Below are positions 63,841-64,000 of a stretch of 64,000 bases of DNA, one piece after another. The DNA is from Dehalococcoidia bacterium (GTDB lineage: Bacteria; Chloroflexota; Dehalococcoidia; Lucifugimonadales; CAZENU01): the NCBI GenBank assembly GCA_965117035.1, contig OZ220748.1:815992-879991 (forward strand), given 5' to 3'. Both the position numbers and the translations under genes were made by a program. Positions within the stretch are counted from its first letter, which is position 1; every line of letters starts with the position of its first letter. The notes beneath the pieces were generated by a model. That model saw only the letters and a program-made list of their open reading frames with translations. It was not told where the DNA came from and made no database searches.

Positions 63841-64000
63841 TTGGTAGGCCGGATTTGCGTTCTCGCCGCGGCCCTGCTGCTCCTCGCGGCGGCCGTGTCG
63901 GCCCCAAAGGCCGCGCATGCGAACGGGAGCGTCGTGCGCCTACAGATGCTGCGGGCCGGGCCGTACGAGGTCTCCGTCGGCACCGTTCCGAGCACCCCGC
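63841..64000 (+). CDS. 5' part of a secreted protein, runs off the window
   Basis: TTG at 63841 opens a frame with no stop to the window end: MVGRICVLAAALLLLAAAVSAPKAAHA/NGSVVRLQMLRAGPYEV; signal-peptide-like with AHA cleavage site. Confidence 0.35.
   Translation, partial: MVGRICVLAAALLLLAAAVSAPKAAHANGSVVRLQMLRAGPYEVSVGTVPSTP

Overview
GC-rich (roughly two-thirds G+C by eye, not computed) bacterial chromosomal window. I call about 56 protein genes and one tRNA-Leu(UAA). I recognised no rRNA, CRISPR array, transposase, integrase or phage genes. Many exported proteins carry lipobox signal peptides, which fits a monoderm high-GC lineage (Chloroflexota- or Actinomycetota-like); that placement is inference only.

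Gene content, left to right:
- A catabolic-looking block: Ldh_2 oxidoreductase, amidohydrolase, epimerase, Gfo/Idh/MocA, RidA, and three tandem MDR dehydrogenase paralogs with a retropepsin-like protease wedged between the first two.
- M48 protease and the split pntAA-pntAB-pntB transhydrogenase.
- A beta-propeller protein of unknown function plus a TolB-like protein, an MFS transporter, an NHL protein and a 2-hydroxyacid dehydrogenase.
- A GT4 glycosyltransferase with a CDP-alcohol phosphatidyltransferase, a double-CXXC disulfide oxidoreductase, and an MA-clan peptidase.
- TrkH and an SBP-permease-permease peptide ABC operon.
- prfB (with its programmed +1 frameshift), a CocE/NonD hydrolase and rpoD.
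- A large second peptide-type ABC locus: four tandem lipoprotein SBP genes, two permease pairs and one ATPase pair.
- A lipoprotein cluster, a di-haem DUF1111-like protein, GDPD, a BNR/sialidase-like protein and acetoacetyl-CoA synthetase.

I found no recognisable defence or mobile system. What stands out is non-coding and structural:
1. A 1.05-kb array of six ~185-bp hairpin modules with shuffled loop and tail variants fills the M48/pntB convergent gap.
2. The four-gene SBP array is being actively remodelled. It has a 1.61-kb block that appears identical (no difference in any translated frame) between two copies, each gene carries its own near-consensus TTGACA/TATAAT promoter and GC-hairpin terminator, and fossil gene ends and a fossil signal peptide sit at the recombination joints.
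3. At least four further families of dispersed or tandem intergenic repeats are present, one with MITE-like terminal inverted repeats.

All functional calls rest on motifs read by eye. No database search was run.
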